Made by a program: the position numbers and the translations under genes. Of a DNA stretch of 57,136 bases, positions 36,255 through 46,000 are shown piece by piece. The notes beneath the pieces were generated by a model, which made no database searches, was not told where the DNA came from, and saw only the letters and a program-made list of their open reading frames with translations. The DNA comes from a virus (Duplodnaviria > Caudoviricetes). Where the stretch lies: positions 1-57,136 of IMG/VR virus record IMGVR_UViG_3300005965_000101; one strand, 5' to 3'. Position 1 is the stretch's first letter, and every line of letters begins with the position of its first letter.

Positions 36255-36913
36255 TAAAACCGTATTCTACTAGGGGCGATGTTTTTCTTGTTAAAATACT
36301 GTTGATTTATTTTCTTTACTTTTGATAATGATCTTTTACTTTGCTCATGCTGTCCTTCTGCGTTTTCCTTATCAAGGATTGCTGTCATAACTGCGTTTAC
36401 ATATTCAGGGATAGGATGCTGGTATCTTTCCGGAATCATTTCAATTTCATCACTTTGTGATAAAAGGACCGGAATTTGCTTATAATGCCTTATTTTTAAT
36501 CCGTAGTCCTTGTTTAGTTTTGGGTAAAATCTTATAACATCATTATTTATTGAATAGACTTGAGGCTTTCCTGTATCTAGAAGCCCTGCGTATAATCTTC
36601 TAAATTTTTTATAAGAAATGCGATTTGCCTTTATTTTTTCCGCTCCGTCAAAAAAGAAAACCTCTTTTACCCTGTTATAATCAATACCAAAATCAGACAG
36701 GTAATAGCTTGTAAAAGCAGAAAAATACTCCAGGTCTGTTACTGTTTCCGTCCAGTTCCAGACCTGGCTCCGGCTAAAAGTGTGTATGCTTTCTTCCAAA
36801 AGATGTTCTATATTGTTAAAAGGGTAAACTTCCAGTATTTTATCCCCTGAGGTTGTTAATTCCCCAAGCCTTGATTTGGACAAGATTTCATTCTGTACTG
36901 AAAGTTTATTCAT
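36251..36913 (-). CDS. Head-tail adaptor / tail tubular A-like protein
   Basis: WNW, TGKPQVY, IRFYP..NKDY, IPERYQH motifs; position after the capsid genes. Confidence 0.6.
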   Translation of the reverse strand: MNKLSVQNEILSKSRLGELTTSGDKILEVYPFNNIEHLLEESIHTFSRSQVWNWTETVTDLEYFSAFTSYYLSDFGIDYNRVKEVFFFDGAEKIKANRISYKKFRRLYAGLLDTGKPQVYSINNDVIRFYPKLNKDYGLKIRHYKQIPVLLSQSDEIEMIPERYQHPIPEYVNAVMTAILDKENAEGQHEQSKRSLSKVKKINQQYFNKKNIAPSRIRFY

Positions 36914-36914
36914 A

Positions 36915-37811
36915 TTACCTGTTTCCTATAACAACAGAAGATAATGCGTTTGACTGAATTATCTGCCCGTTAATAAGCTGATTTTGAGGAGGCGGCGGCA
37001 CGTTGGGAGGAGTGTAAGTTTCTCCCGTTTGCGGGTTTTGAATAGTCTGCCCCAAAGACCTGGCAATAACTTTTGCGATTGACCACGGCACATCTTTTAT
37101 ATAAGCGTATGCCCTTGAACCGTCATCTATACCGAGGTCAAAAGTGAATTTAAGCCCGTTTAATTCCACAGGGAACACATCTTTTAAAACAGGATTACCG
37201 TTAATAAGCATCGGAACACGGTCTTTCATGACTGCCTGTTTATTCATAATACTTTTGTTTTCTTTAAAAATATTTCTTTCGATAGGAATAACCATTAATA
37301 ACTTTGGCTCTTTGTCCAATCTTTTGCGCAGCTCCAAGTCTTCTGTCATTGCCGCTTCAATCATATGGGTATCTTTATTAAGTTCATTTCTTCTTGTCTC
37401 GGCAATATTTCCGGCCGCACCTCCAGCTGCGGCAAGAAGAGTTTTCATAATCTCATTGGCCACTGCCTCAGTAGTTGAACTCTCTTTTTGTTTTGCCTCA
37501 GTTTCATTAATTTCCTCGGCTTCTTCTTCAGAGATAACCTCATGTCCGGCATCAATAAGTCTTTCCCTGTAATCGTCCATATTGGATTCAGTTTCTTTAT
37601 GTTTATGGATTGCAGGGGCAGAAGGCTTTTGTTCTTTTTCTTCTGAAGGTTGCTGGCCTTGTTCTTCTTTCTCACCAATTAAGCCAACAGTGTCAATGTT
37701 TTCTTTTGCCAATTTTCTTAAAGTCCTTACATCACTTGCCGGGTCAAAATCAATTTTGTTCAGTTGTAAAATTTTAATAACGTCTTCTTTTTTTAGATTA
37801 TCTAAGCTCAT
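36915..37811 (-). CDS. Hypothetical protein with N-terminal HeH/LEM-like segment
   Basis: LKKEDVIKILQLNKIDFDPASDVRTL; acidic linker. Confidence 0.55.
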   Translation of the reverse strand: MSLDNLKKEDVIKILQLNKIDFDPASDVRTLRKLAKENIDTVGLIGEKEEQGQQPSEEKEQKPSAPAIHKHKETESNMDDYRERLIDAGHEVISEEEAEEINETEAKQKESSTTEAVANEIMKTLLAAAGGAAGNIAETRRNELNKDTHMIEAAMTEDLELRKRLDKEPKLLMVIPIERNIFKENKSIMNKQAVMKDRVPMLINGNPVLKDVFPVELNGLKFTFDLGIDDGSRAYAYIKDVPWSIAKVIARSLGQTIQNPQTGETYTPPNVPPPPQNQLINGQIIQSNALSSVVIGNR

Positions 37812-37842
37812 ATCTTTTTAATCCTTTCTTTTCTTTTTAAAA

Positions 37843-37866
37843 AGAAGGGGGAAGAACCCCCTTCCC
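37843..37866 (-). terminator. Intrinsic terminator
   Basis: GAAGGGG-GAAGAA-CCCCTTC stem with an A run on the + side (U tract on the - strand). Confidence 0.55.
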
Positions 37867-37874
37867 TGCCTAAC

Positions 37875-38366
37875 TTACATTCTTGTATCGTCAACTTCTT
37901 CAAAGCTTGCCATAACACCACGAATATCAATACCGCACGTGCTTGCGCAGGCTGCGCTTAATGCGGCAAAATACTTAGATTTTCCGTCAACAACAGGTTC
38001 GTCAACATCCGCCTTGGCTGTAAACTCTCCAACTTCTGTCGGGACACCTGTAGTTCCTACGGCAATAGAATTCGTGGTTGCATTGGCATTTCCAAGAATG
38101 GTCTTGTAAATATCAATACTTAACGAGCTTTGAACGGCATCAGCTATAACGCCTGAGAATTCTACTGATTTAAGCCTGTGTCCCACAAAAGGTTCTCTTT
38201 GCGCCGGAACAGGAGGAGTTATTTCTGCGGCGACTTTTCCGGTTTCAGCTGCTTTTGTTTTGGTAAGTTTCAACTGATTAGTGGATCCGTCCATAGAAAT
38301 AGCCCATGACCCTGTTAGTGGGATGAGAGACTTTAAAGGGACTTGTTGCCTTTTTGTGTTTTTCAT
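37875..38366 (-). CDS. Putative capsid decoration protein
   Basis: Beta-rich 163 aa immediately after the major capsid gene. Confidence 0.5.
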   Translation of the reverse strand: MKNTKRQQVPLKSLIPLTGSWAISMDGSTNQLKLTKTKAAETGKVAAEITPPVPAQREPFVGHRLKSVEFSGVIADAVQSSLSIDIYKTILGNANATTNSIAVGTTGVPTEVGEFTAKADVDEPVVDGKSKYFAALSAACASTCGIDIRGVMASFEEVDDTRM

Positions 38367-38445
38367 ATTAACCTCTCAAAATTATTCTGTATCCTTATGC
38401 AAGTCAGGCGGAGTTTAAAACCCCGCTCTGCTTACAATACTAAAG

Positions 38446-39441
38446 TTACTCTGAAACAGTGTGTTCGATTCTGTACATTCTGTTGTTATCAAGAATTTTT
38501 GCAAGAGCAAACACCTTGTAGCCAACAGTTGACAGTTGATTTAAGGGGTCGGCTGTTCCAGAAGAACCCAACTGCTTTACAATGAGTTCAGGGGTATTTT
38601 GCCCGTCAACACCGACAATACCGTATGCCTCAGGGCAGAAAAGCAGGGAGTTATGAACATCTGCTTTGTTGCCTGAATCATCAGTGTACTGAATTCCGGT
38701 AAGACCGGTTGAAGCACCGCCAGCTGAATCTACATAGGCATTTGAAGTTACAATAAATTTAATGCCGTCGATTTCTCCAATTTCACCTTTATAGATAGCT
38801 TGGGGCATACCTGCCTTTTTAGCTTCAATCCATTCTGGGTCGTTTTTAAGATCGTGGGCTGTATCAACGCTAATGAAAGCCATAATATAACCATTCGGGA
38901 ACGGCTTATTATGAATTTTCAAAAGGTTTCTACCAGCTCTCTTGAACAGAGCAACAGAAGCCCGGCAAGTGTTGTCAAGCTCGTTAGTAGCGGACTTGCC
39001 GCCTGCGTAAAGAACTTTTGTGCCTAACACAAGAGCGTTTCTATAGACAACATCAAGAGTCTCTCCGCCCAGGTCGCCAACCAAGTTTACGGCTTCTTTA
39101 ATATTGTCATCCTGACCTTGAAGAATTAACCTGTCAGAAAGTTTTACATAGTCGCCATATTGACTTGGAGTAGCTGTAATTGGGGTTACAGTCATTGTTT
39201 GGGCAGAACCCGCAGAACCTTCGGTTAATGCGGTTGGAGAGGATGAAGGAACAATCCTTTCAAATCTTCTGAACTGAACTACCGTACCGGAATTTCTCGG
39301 TATGCTCTTTTTTATCCCTGCCTGATCGTGAATCAGGTTAGGGTTTAAACGGGAAAGCAAACCCTTTTCGTAATAAGTTCTATCCTCGGCGGAAAGTTGG
39401 TTCTCTCCTCCGACACTTGTAATTGTATTTAAACCAGCCAT
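38446..39441 (-). CDS. Major capsid protein (N4-gp56-like family)
   Basis: IPRNSGTVVQFRRF, ALTEG, QYGDYVKLSD, IYKGEIGEIDGIKF, GSSGTADPLNQLSTVGYK. Confidence 0.92.
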   Translation of the reverse strand: MAGLNTITSVGGENQLSAEDRTYYEKGLLSRLNPNLIHDQAGIKKSIPRNSGTVVQFRRFERIVPSSSPTALTEGSAGSAQTMTVTPITATPSQYGDYVKLSDRLILQGQDDNIKEAVNLVGDLGGETLDVVYRNALVLGTKVLYAGGKSATNELDNTCRASVALFKRAGRNLLKIHNKPFPNGYIMAFISVDTAHDLKNDPEWIEAKKAGMPQAIYKGEIGEIDGIKFIVTSNAYVDSAGGASTGLTGIQYTDDSGNKADVHNSLLFCPEAYGIVGVDGQNTPELIVKQLGSSGTADPLNQLSTVGYKVFALAKILDNNRMYRIEHTVSE

Positions 39442-39463
39442 TTTGAACTCCTTTTACTGATTA

Positions 39464-40522
39464 TTACCAATGATTTTTCAGGAATTCCTCATCAGGCATA
39501 TTTGTCCAATCGGTTTTTGCCTGAGGTGGATTTCCCTGCCCGGAAACTACCGGGTTCATATTTTGCCTAACCACGTTGTTAGGAGTTCCTGCCTGTGTAT
39601 TTACATTCCTGCCTGATTGCTGGGTTGCCAGCTGAACTGAATAATTAATAGCGAAGTCAATTCCGCTTAAAGGGCTACCGTCTTTATTTACAGGGAAAGA
39701 AGCCGGGTTTAATTGACCTGAAGATTTTAATGCATTGTAATTTTGTATGTAATTTTGGTACATAGGGACCACAGTTTGGTCAACTTGACTCATTAATGCC
39801 TGCTGTTGCCACTGGTTAAGGTTAATATTATTCTTAACTAATTCCTGTTGAACCCCGTTCACAATGCTATTTATGGTCTGTTGTTCCTGTTGCTGCTGGA
39901 ATTGTTTTTGAATATTTTGATTAACTGATTCATTAACAATTCTCTGTACTTCTTCTTTTTGCTGAGAAACAGTTAAGTCTGTCCTTTGCTGCACAATTTT
40001 ATCAATCGCCTCTGCAAATCCTTTTCCGTCCCCATCGTCTAAATATTTGCCAAGATCATCATAATTAATCTCGACCTGTTTCGGTTGCGGGGACTGTTGC
40101 TGCTCTTGTTGTTGACTCGGTTGTTGTTCCTGCTGGGGCTGCTGAAACTGTTGTTGTGGTTGATAAAATTGATGCGGAGACTGTTGCTGAAATCCCTGCT
40201 GTTGAGAAAAAGGATCATACCCTTGATTAAACTGAGGATACTGAGGTGGATGCTGAGGTTGATAGGCAGGTGAATTAAACGGCATTTGAGGATTGCCAAA
40301 ATTTTGCCCCATGCCCTGTTGAATGTTGCTGTAATATTGAGCAAAAGCATTATCGCTTACCTGCTCTACGGCATTATTCTGTGCCTGCTGTCCCCCTTGT
40401 TCTCTTCCTTGAACAGCCTGCTCTCCTGCGGGTTGTTGATTTTCCGCAGGTTGACCTTCCTGGCTATTGACCTGTGAATTCTGATTTAATGCTTCTTGTT
40501 CTGCATTATCCGGTAAAGACAT
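39464..40522 (-). CDS. Gln-rich scaffolding protein
   Basis: Low-complexity Q/P-rich protein ending DWTNMPDEEF, directly upstream of the capsid gene. Confidence 0.65.
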   Translation of the reverse strand: MSLPDNAEQEALNQNSQVNSQEGQPAENQQPAGEQAVQGREQGGQQAQNNAVEQVSDNAFAQYYSNIQQGMGQNFGNPQMPFNSPAYQPQHPPQYPQFNQGYDPFSQQQGFQQQSPHQFYQPQQQFQQPQQEQQPSQQQEQQQSPQPKQVEINYDDLGKYLDDGDGKGFAEAIDKIVQQRTDLTVSQQKEEVQRIVNESVNQNIQKQFQQQQEQQTINSIVNGVQQELVKNNINLNQWQQQALMSQVDQTVVPMYQNYIQNYNALKSSGQLNPASFPVNKDGSPLSGIDFAINYSVQLATQQSGRNVNTQAGTPNNVVRQNMNPVVSGQGNPPQAKTDWTNMPDEEFLKNHW

Positions 40523-40646
40523 AGAAAAACCTCTCCTAAATGAACTGACTCTCTCTTAACTAAAAGCTCATTCCTAACTGTGAAAAATATTCGGTCTTTC
40601 CTGTCTTTTAAAACTTTGCGTTTACATTCCTATCTGAAAAATATAT

Positions 40647-40934
40647 TTATTTGCCTTTTGTCTGCTCTTCAATTAATTTTTCTGAATCTTTTTTGACAGA
40701 GCGGAGAAACTCATATACACCTTTAATTTTAGCAGAGGTTACTTTGAATTTGTGGTCATCCTCTTCATCCATAGCACTTATACCAAAAAGATGGTTGGCT
40801 TTGTTTTGAAGATACAGCCATATATCAGGCGACTGTATTATCTTCAGAGCCGCTTCCTTGCTGTAATTGCTGTTGCTGTTGTGCACCTGCGGCTGGGTTT
40901 GGCTGTAAAATGTATTGCCCTGTTGCGACTGCAT
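40647..40934 (-). CDS. Small protein overlapping the portal 3' end
   Basis: AAGGAGG SD at 40950-40944 upstream of the ATG; 110-nt overlap with the portal gene. Confidence 0.55.
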   Translation of the reverse strand: MQSQQGNTFYSQTQPQVHNSNSNYSKEAALKIIQSPDIWLYLQNKANHLFGISAMDEEDDHKFKVTSAKIKGVYEFLRSVKKDSEKLIEEQTKGK

Positions 40935-43059
40935 TAAATATTGCCTCCTTCTGGTTTATTCTCATCATTTCTTCCTGTGCTGCTTTGTCCTCTCTTACCA
41001 AGTTCGGGTTATCCAATTCTGTATTTTTGAAAAATTCCTGTATTACTTCGCTCAAGCTCACCTTTGAATGCAATTCGGGATTCTGAGGATTATTGACCAG
41101 CATTTGTATTATTTCTTTTAATATATTTAATTGTACCTGCTTGTTTAATGCAGGGGTTACAGAAGTTATTTTAGGAACAAAATTCTTTCCTCTAAGCTCT
41201 CCAAAATCAAAAGTCTTAAAGTAAGTTTGCTTGGATTCGTTGTCATAATAAGGAACCTTATCAACCTTTACTCCTCTTTGAATAAGGTCATCAAGCATTC
41301 TCTGGTAAATCTCGGTTAAACATCTGGTTATATGCCTACTGATTTTTCCGGTTATTGCGTTCGCTTGGCTTGCTAAAATGCCTGCCTGTGTAGCTGTTTC
41401 CTGAGGGTTGGACTGCATATAAGGGTGAGGAGCAGCACTGGCAACACTGTGCATTTGGTCTTTTACGACAGTAGTGGCTTGAAAAGCCGCCATTGTATCC
41501 TGAACGTTCCCCTCTATTTTGTTATAAGCATGTCTTACGTCCTTAATGCCTTTTTGCCTGGCTTCTTCTCCGTCAACCTCAACCATAGTTGCAGTGCCAC
41601 CGTTGGCTGTTTTTATATCCACCATGTCTGTAAAATAAGCCCACTGTCCCCCGTTTCTGGAAAGGTTATCAAGTGCCCAATTTACAAGGATGTTGGCGTA
41701 TTTCGCCAAATCCAGCAAGTCATGCGATGGAGATGTCCCTATATTTTCATTAAAATTTTTATTAAAAGTTGTAACGATTAAAGGGCTTTTAGAAACTTTT
41801 CCAAAGGCTGTCTCCATAGAACCTACATTAGGCCTGCATTCTATTAAAATCTTGTCACTTACAGTGGTTACTATAAAGTTTCTTAACTCGGTGCCGTCCT
41901 CAAAACGGAAATGGTCAAAATAAGCTGTTCTTGTTTCCACCATCAAATCGGAAGCTTCGTAAGAAGCATTAGAACTTTTTTTCGTATTATCGCTTTCTTT
42001 CTGGTTAACATTGGTAGTCCCTATTGGCTTACCGTCCTGGTTTAATAATTTTTCCTTATTTATATAATCAGGATTATCTATAAGGGTTTGTGTTTTTACC
42101 CAGTCGCAGGACACAAATTTATAAGTGTCCGGGTTGCTGTCTTCATCTGGAGGGACTATAAAAGTTCTTAAAATATCTTTTACTTCAGGGCGTGGTAGTC
42201 CTTCAATCCATTTTTCAGTGGTCTTTACCTGCTGGTCAATGATTTTTATACGCCTAATATCTATACCAAGAGATTGTAAAAACTGATGCGCCTGTTCTAA
42301 TGCACTAACCCCTGTTTCTTCATCATCAGTGAATCTTTGAAGTTCAAAACCGGTTTCAGAAACAAGCCTTATTCCTGTGAACTGGTCTTCATCCGTCTGC
42401 ACGTCTTCTTCATGGAAAACAACTTTAGAGCCTACATCTAAAGGCAAGGTGCTGGCAAGCATTGTCCGATCAGGTTCAGGAATATCAAACATCTTTTGGT
42501 GAGCATCATATACAAATCCTGCATTTAGAAGGTGCCTTACATCATCAGATATTTCCGCTTCATACGTGGGGACTATTTCATGGACAGAATTAAACCTCCC
42601 CCTGTTAGTAATTATCACAGGTACAGTTCCGTCATAAACGCAGTTTGTTATTATTTGTGATTCCTGATCGTCTGTTCCCGATTGTTCCCTGACAAAATCA
42701 AAAGCATCGGTCAGGTCTTCCACCATATATTGAAGGTTAGGGTCAGAAGGTATCCAAGTAAGAAAGCCTGGAGTGAATATTGCTTTTTCAAGTTCCGCCT
42801 CAAGGGAATTCCCAACTGCTTTTATCCACGGAAAACAGATATTCGGCCTGTTATCAAGAGTATCTCCGTCAGTTATAAGAATAGGGAGAAGGTCCTTTTC
42901 AAAGTTTTCAACTTCCTTTGCAGCTCTGGTTCTTTTTACGTTGGTTAAATATTTTGAATAATAAGTCTCCAGACTTTCTTTAGTCTTTTTTATGGAATCT
43001 ATCAATTCTTTTTGGTGCTTTTCTTCTATTTGAAAATGCGGGATGCTGACAAACTGCAT
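40825..43059 (-). CDS. Portal (head-tail connector) protein
   Basis: 744 aa upstream of scaffold/capsid; CVYDGT, ETATQAGILASQAN, Gln-rich C-terminus typical of podoviral portals. Confidence 0.7.
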   Translation of the reverse strand: MQFVSIPHFQIEEKHQKELIDSIKKTKESLETYYSKYLTNVKRTRAAKEVENFEKDLLPILITDGDTLDNRPNICFPWIKAVGNSLEAELEKAIFTPGFLTWIPSDPNLQYMVEDLTDAFDFVREQSGTDDQESQIITNCVYDGTVPVIITNRGRFNSVHEIVPTYEAEISDDVRHLLNAGFVYDAHQKMFDIPEPDRTMLASTLPLDVGSKVVFHEEDVQTDEDQFTGIRLVSETGFELQRFTDDEETGVSALEQAHQFLQSLGIDIRRIKIIDQQVKTTEKWIEGLPRPEVKDILRTFIVPPDEDSNPDTYKFVSCDWVKTQTLIDNPDYINKEKLLNQDGKPIGTTNVNQKESDNTKKSSNASYEASDLMVETRTAYFDHFRFEDGTELRNFIVTTVSDKILIECRPNVGSMETAFGKVSKSPLIVTTFNKNFNENIGTSPSHDLLDLAKYANILVNWALDNLSRNGGQWAYFTDMVDIKTANGGTATMVEVDGEEARQKGIKDVRHAYNKIEGNVQDTMAAFQATTVVKDQMHSVASAAPHPYMQSNPQETATQAGILASQANAITGKISRHITRCLTEIYQRMLDDLIQRGVKVDKVPYYDNESKQTYFKTFDFGELRGKNFVPKITSVTPALNKQVQLNILKEIIQMLVNNPQNPELHSKVSLSEVIQEFFKNTELDNPNLVREDKAAQEEMMRINQKEAIFNAVATGQYILQPNPAAGAQQQQQLQQGSGSEDNTVA

Positions 43060-43087
43060 TTTTTTAATCCCCCTGTATTAAACAATT

Positions 43088-46000
43088 TTATTTCTCTTTC
43101 TCTTCCATCCTGTCTAAAATGTTATTAATGTCTGCAAGGTACTCATCTTCATTTCCATTGTAGTATTTTTCAAGGACATTTTTTTTCTTGTTATTGTATT
43201 GAGACATTTTTCCATCAAGGTAATCCTTTGCGGCTTTTTCCAGTTCACCGTTTATTTCCCTGGTTATCATCCCGTTAATAGTGCTTAAGTATGTGGATTC
43301 ATCTTTATAATAGCCAGAGTCCAAAATTTCTTTTTTTAATTTTTTATATTTTTTCATATCGCCTTTAAAGTATGCATCAATAGCACTGTGCATTCGTTTG
43401 CTGTTTTTGTCCTTAAAAGCCCTTGTTTTTCCCCCACCAAATCTCCAGTACCAGGGGCGACCTATTACCGGAATATAGTTCCAGAAATACACATCCTTAG
43501 GGTTAGCTTTCCCACTGGCAATTCTTTTCGAGTCTCTTACTGCGGTATCTGCCATACTTGCGGTGGGAGGAGTTACATAATCCACAAAGGTACTTCCTAT
43601 TCCATCCCTGCCTGCTTTTTTAATCGTGTACCTGTTTAAAACAATAAATAACAGAATATTATCCAAAACTGTTTCCGGTATATCCACATCCCTGCCTAAG
43701 AGCCAGTCAATAACAAGGTCTTTGGGAACTCCGAACAACATCATGAAGAATTGTAATAAAGCAAGGTTTTTAAGCCCTTCAACAATTAATTTTTTATTTT
43801 TGGTTTTAACGCCGTCCGTTATCTTCATTCTGACATCACGCCTTACTACGTCCAGAATTTTCAGAGTGTAAGTTTTTAACATGTACGCAAGTCTGTATAT
43901 GCCGCCTTTTGCATAAACTTCTGGCAGCTGGTCAAGAGTTATCGGCTGAATGTCTGCAAGAGAATCAAAGGCAAGGAACAAAACCCTGTCGGTCCTCTTA
44001 TCGTTAATTAAATCCTGTTTAGCCTGCTCTGCTTCCTTTCCGAAAAGCGTTTTTAATTTTTTATTCAATTCAGGACTGTTCAACTTTGCCTGCCTTTTAG
44101 CCTTGGCAATATAACCGTTCATTAAAGTATTTTTACCCAGGGAATCTATGGCATCAAAGCCTATTATTTTGAACAATTTATTAACGGTTTCAGAAAGAGC
44201 GGTCTTGGTTTTAAATTCTTCTGCGATAGTTTCAAGCCCTAAATCTTCCCTTGTTATTTTCTGTCTTTCGGTTATTCCCTTAACAGAATCTAAAAACCCG
44301 TTTTTATAAAACGCTAATCCCATATCCCCAAACTGAACAATGGTGTTTCCAAAGTCATTAAGAGTCCCTATATAGCCTAAATCCCTTAAAGCTGCGGTTG
44401 CTCCTGTTACTTTTCCAAAATTAAACTTGGATAATAAAAGCTCTCTTACTATTCGCTCGTCCTTTGCGTATATAACCCCCTCGTTAACCATATTGTTGAC
44501 CATGGCGCCGATACTGTTCTCAACATTAAACTCATCGTTATTCAGGATTTCTTCCTGAATCTCTTCTTGAGTCTTTCTTGTATCGTTAACAAGTCTTTTT
44601 AATACAATTTCTTTTACTTTTTCAGGCTTTGCCCGTTTTATATAGCGGATCTGTTTTTCCATTTTTTCTATCCGCTCTTTTATTTTTTCAACAATTTTTT
44701 CATCAGGATTATTTTTATTGTTTTCCAATTTTGCTTTAAGTCCGTAAAACTCGTAATTAAGTCTTGTTATTTCTTTACCCTTTGCCTGCCCTGGGGTTCT
44801 TTTCTTTACTTCATAAAGGGTGTTTTTCTTCTGTTTTAAAGTGTTTCTTAATTTCCTGATGTTTTCGTTTTCCCCTCCAAAAAACTGTCTTTCTTCAATA
44901 CTTTTTCTGGTAGTGGGAACATAATGAGCCAGTGCCTCAGTAAAAGGTTTATAAAAAAGGTTCATTTCAGGAGTTAAAGTTTCTATTTTTCTGCTTGACC
45001 TTAACTGTCCGGGGCGGTTAAGTAAAATGTTATTTTTACCAAAACCCCTGATTTTTGAGTTTATAAACTTGGCTTTTTCTTCTGTGTTCCAGTTTTTATA
45101 TTTATCGTTTTCTTTTAATTCTTTTTTTATCAGGCTGTATTTTGCCTCACTGGGATCTAACACCTGTTTTTTAATATCTATTTCTTCCTGCCGGGCAAGT
45201 TTTTCAAAATACTCAAGATAAGCGTCCAGCTTATTGTTTTTAATCATCCTGGGGTAATAATTATCTATAAAACCTACATCTATGCCAGCCAGTATTGCCT
45301 GGTCATGAAGTTCCTCAAGAAGTCCCTTAACTACATTGTATTCTTTTTGAATACCGTATTTTTCAACGATTTCATTGATTTTGTCCACATCCCCGTTTTT
45401 AAGAGCAAGATCAAAGGTAAGAAAATCTTCCATCTCCATTTCTTTACTTTTCTTTAAAAACGGAGTTATAACCGCATCATCTTTCTTGGTCATCTGGAGC
45501 AGGTCAAATGTAAATCTTCTTACCTTGTTCTGAAGCATTGGAGATATTCTATGTAGTCTGGTATCAATAGGCAGGAACAGTCTGTCGTATAATAATCTGC
45601 TGTCCTTCCCGAACTCAATCAGGCTGTTTTTAATTCTGGCGGCAAGACTGTTTGCGTCTTCTAAGTCAAGCTGGGTATTTATATTTTGACTGTAAATATC
45701 ATCGCCTGTTTGTCTTTGAGGCTGTCCTTTGACAATATGAGCTTTCCCCCTTGCCTTGGCTATAAAATACTGCCCGGGATTATAGGAAAACTTTAAAAAC
45801 TCTGCAAGGGCTTCTTTTGCGGAATTAAAGGTTTTAACAATTCTGCCCTTAATTTCCTCCCATGAAGAAGGTTCTCCTATGTAGATTGAGCCTCTTCTTT
45901 TTCGTCTATCTCTTGAAGTTTCTTTACCACTATCTTGTATGCCTCTTCGTCCGTTAAATTCGGATCGTTGCCTTTCTCCCAAGCTATGCCTTGATCTATT

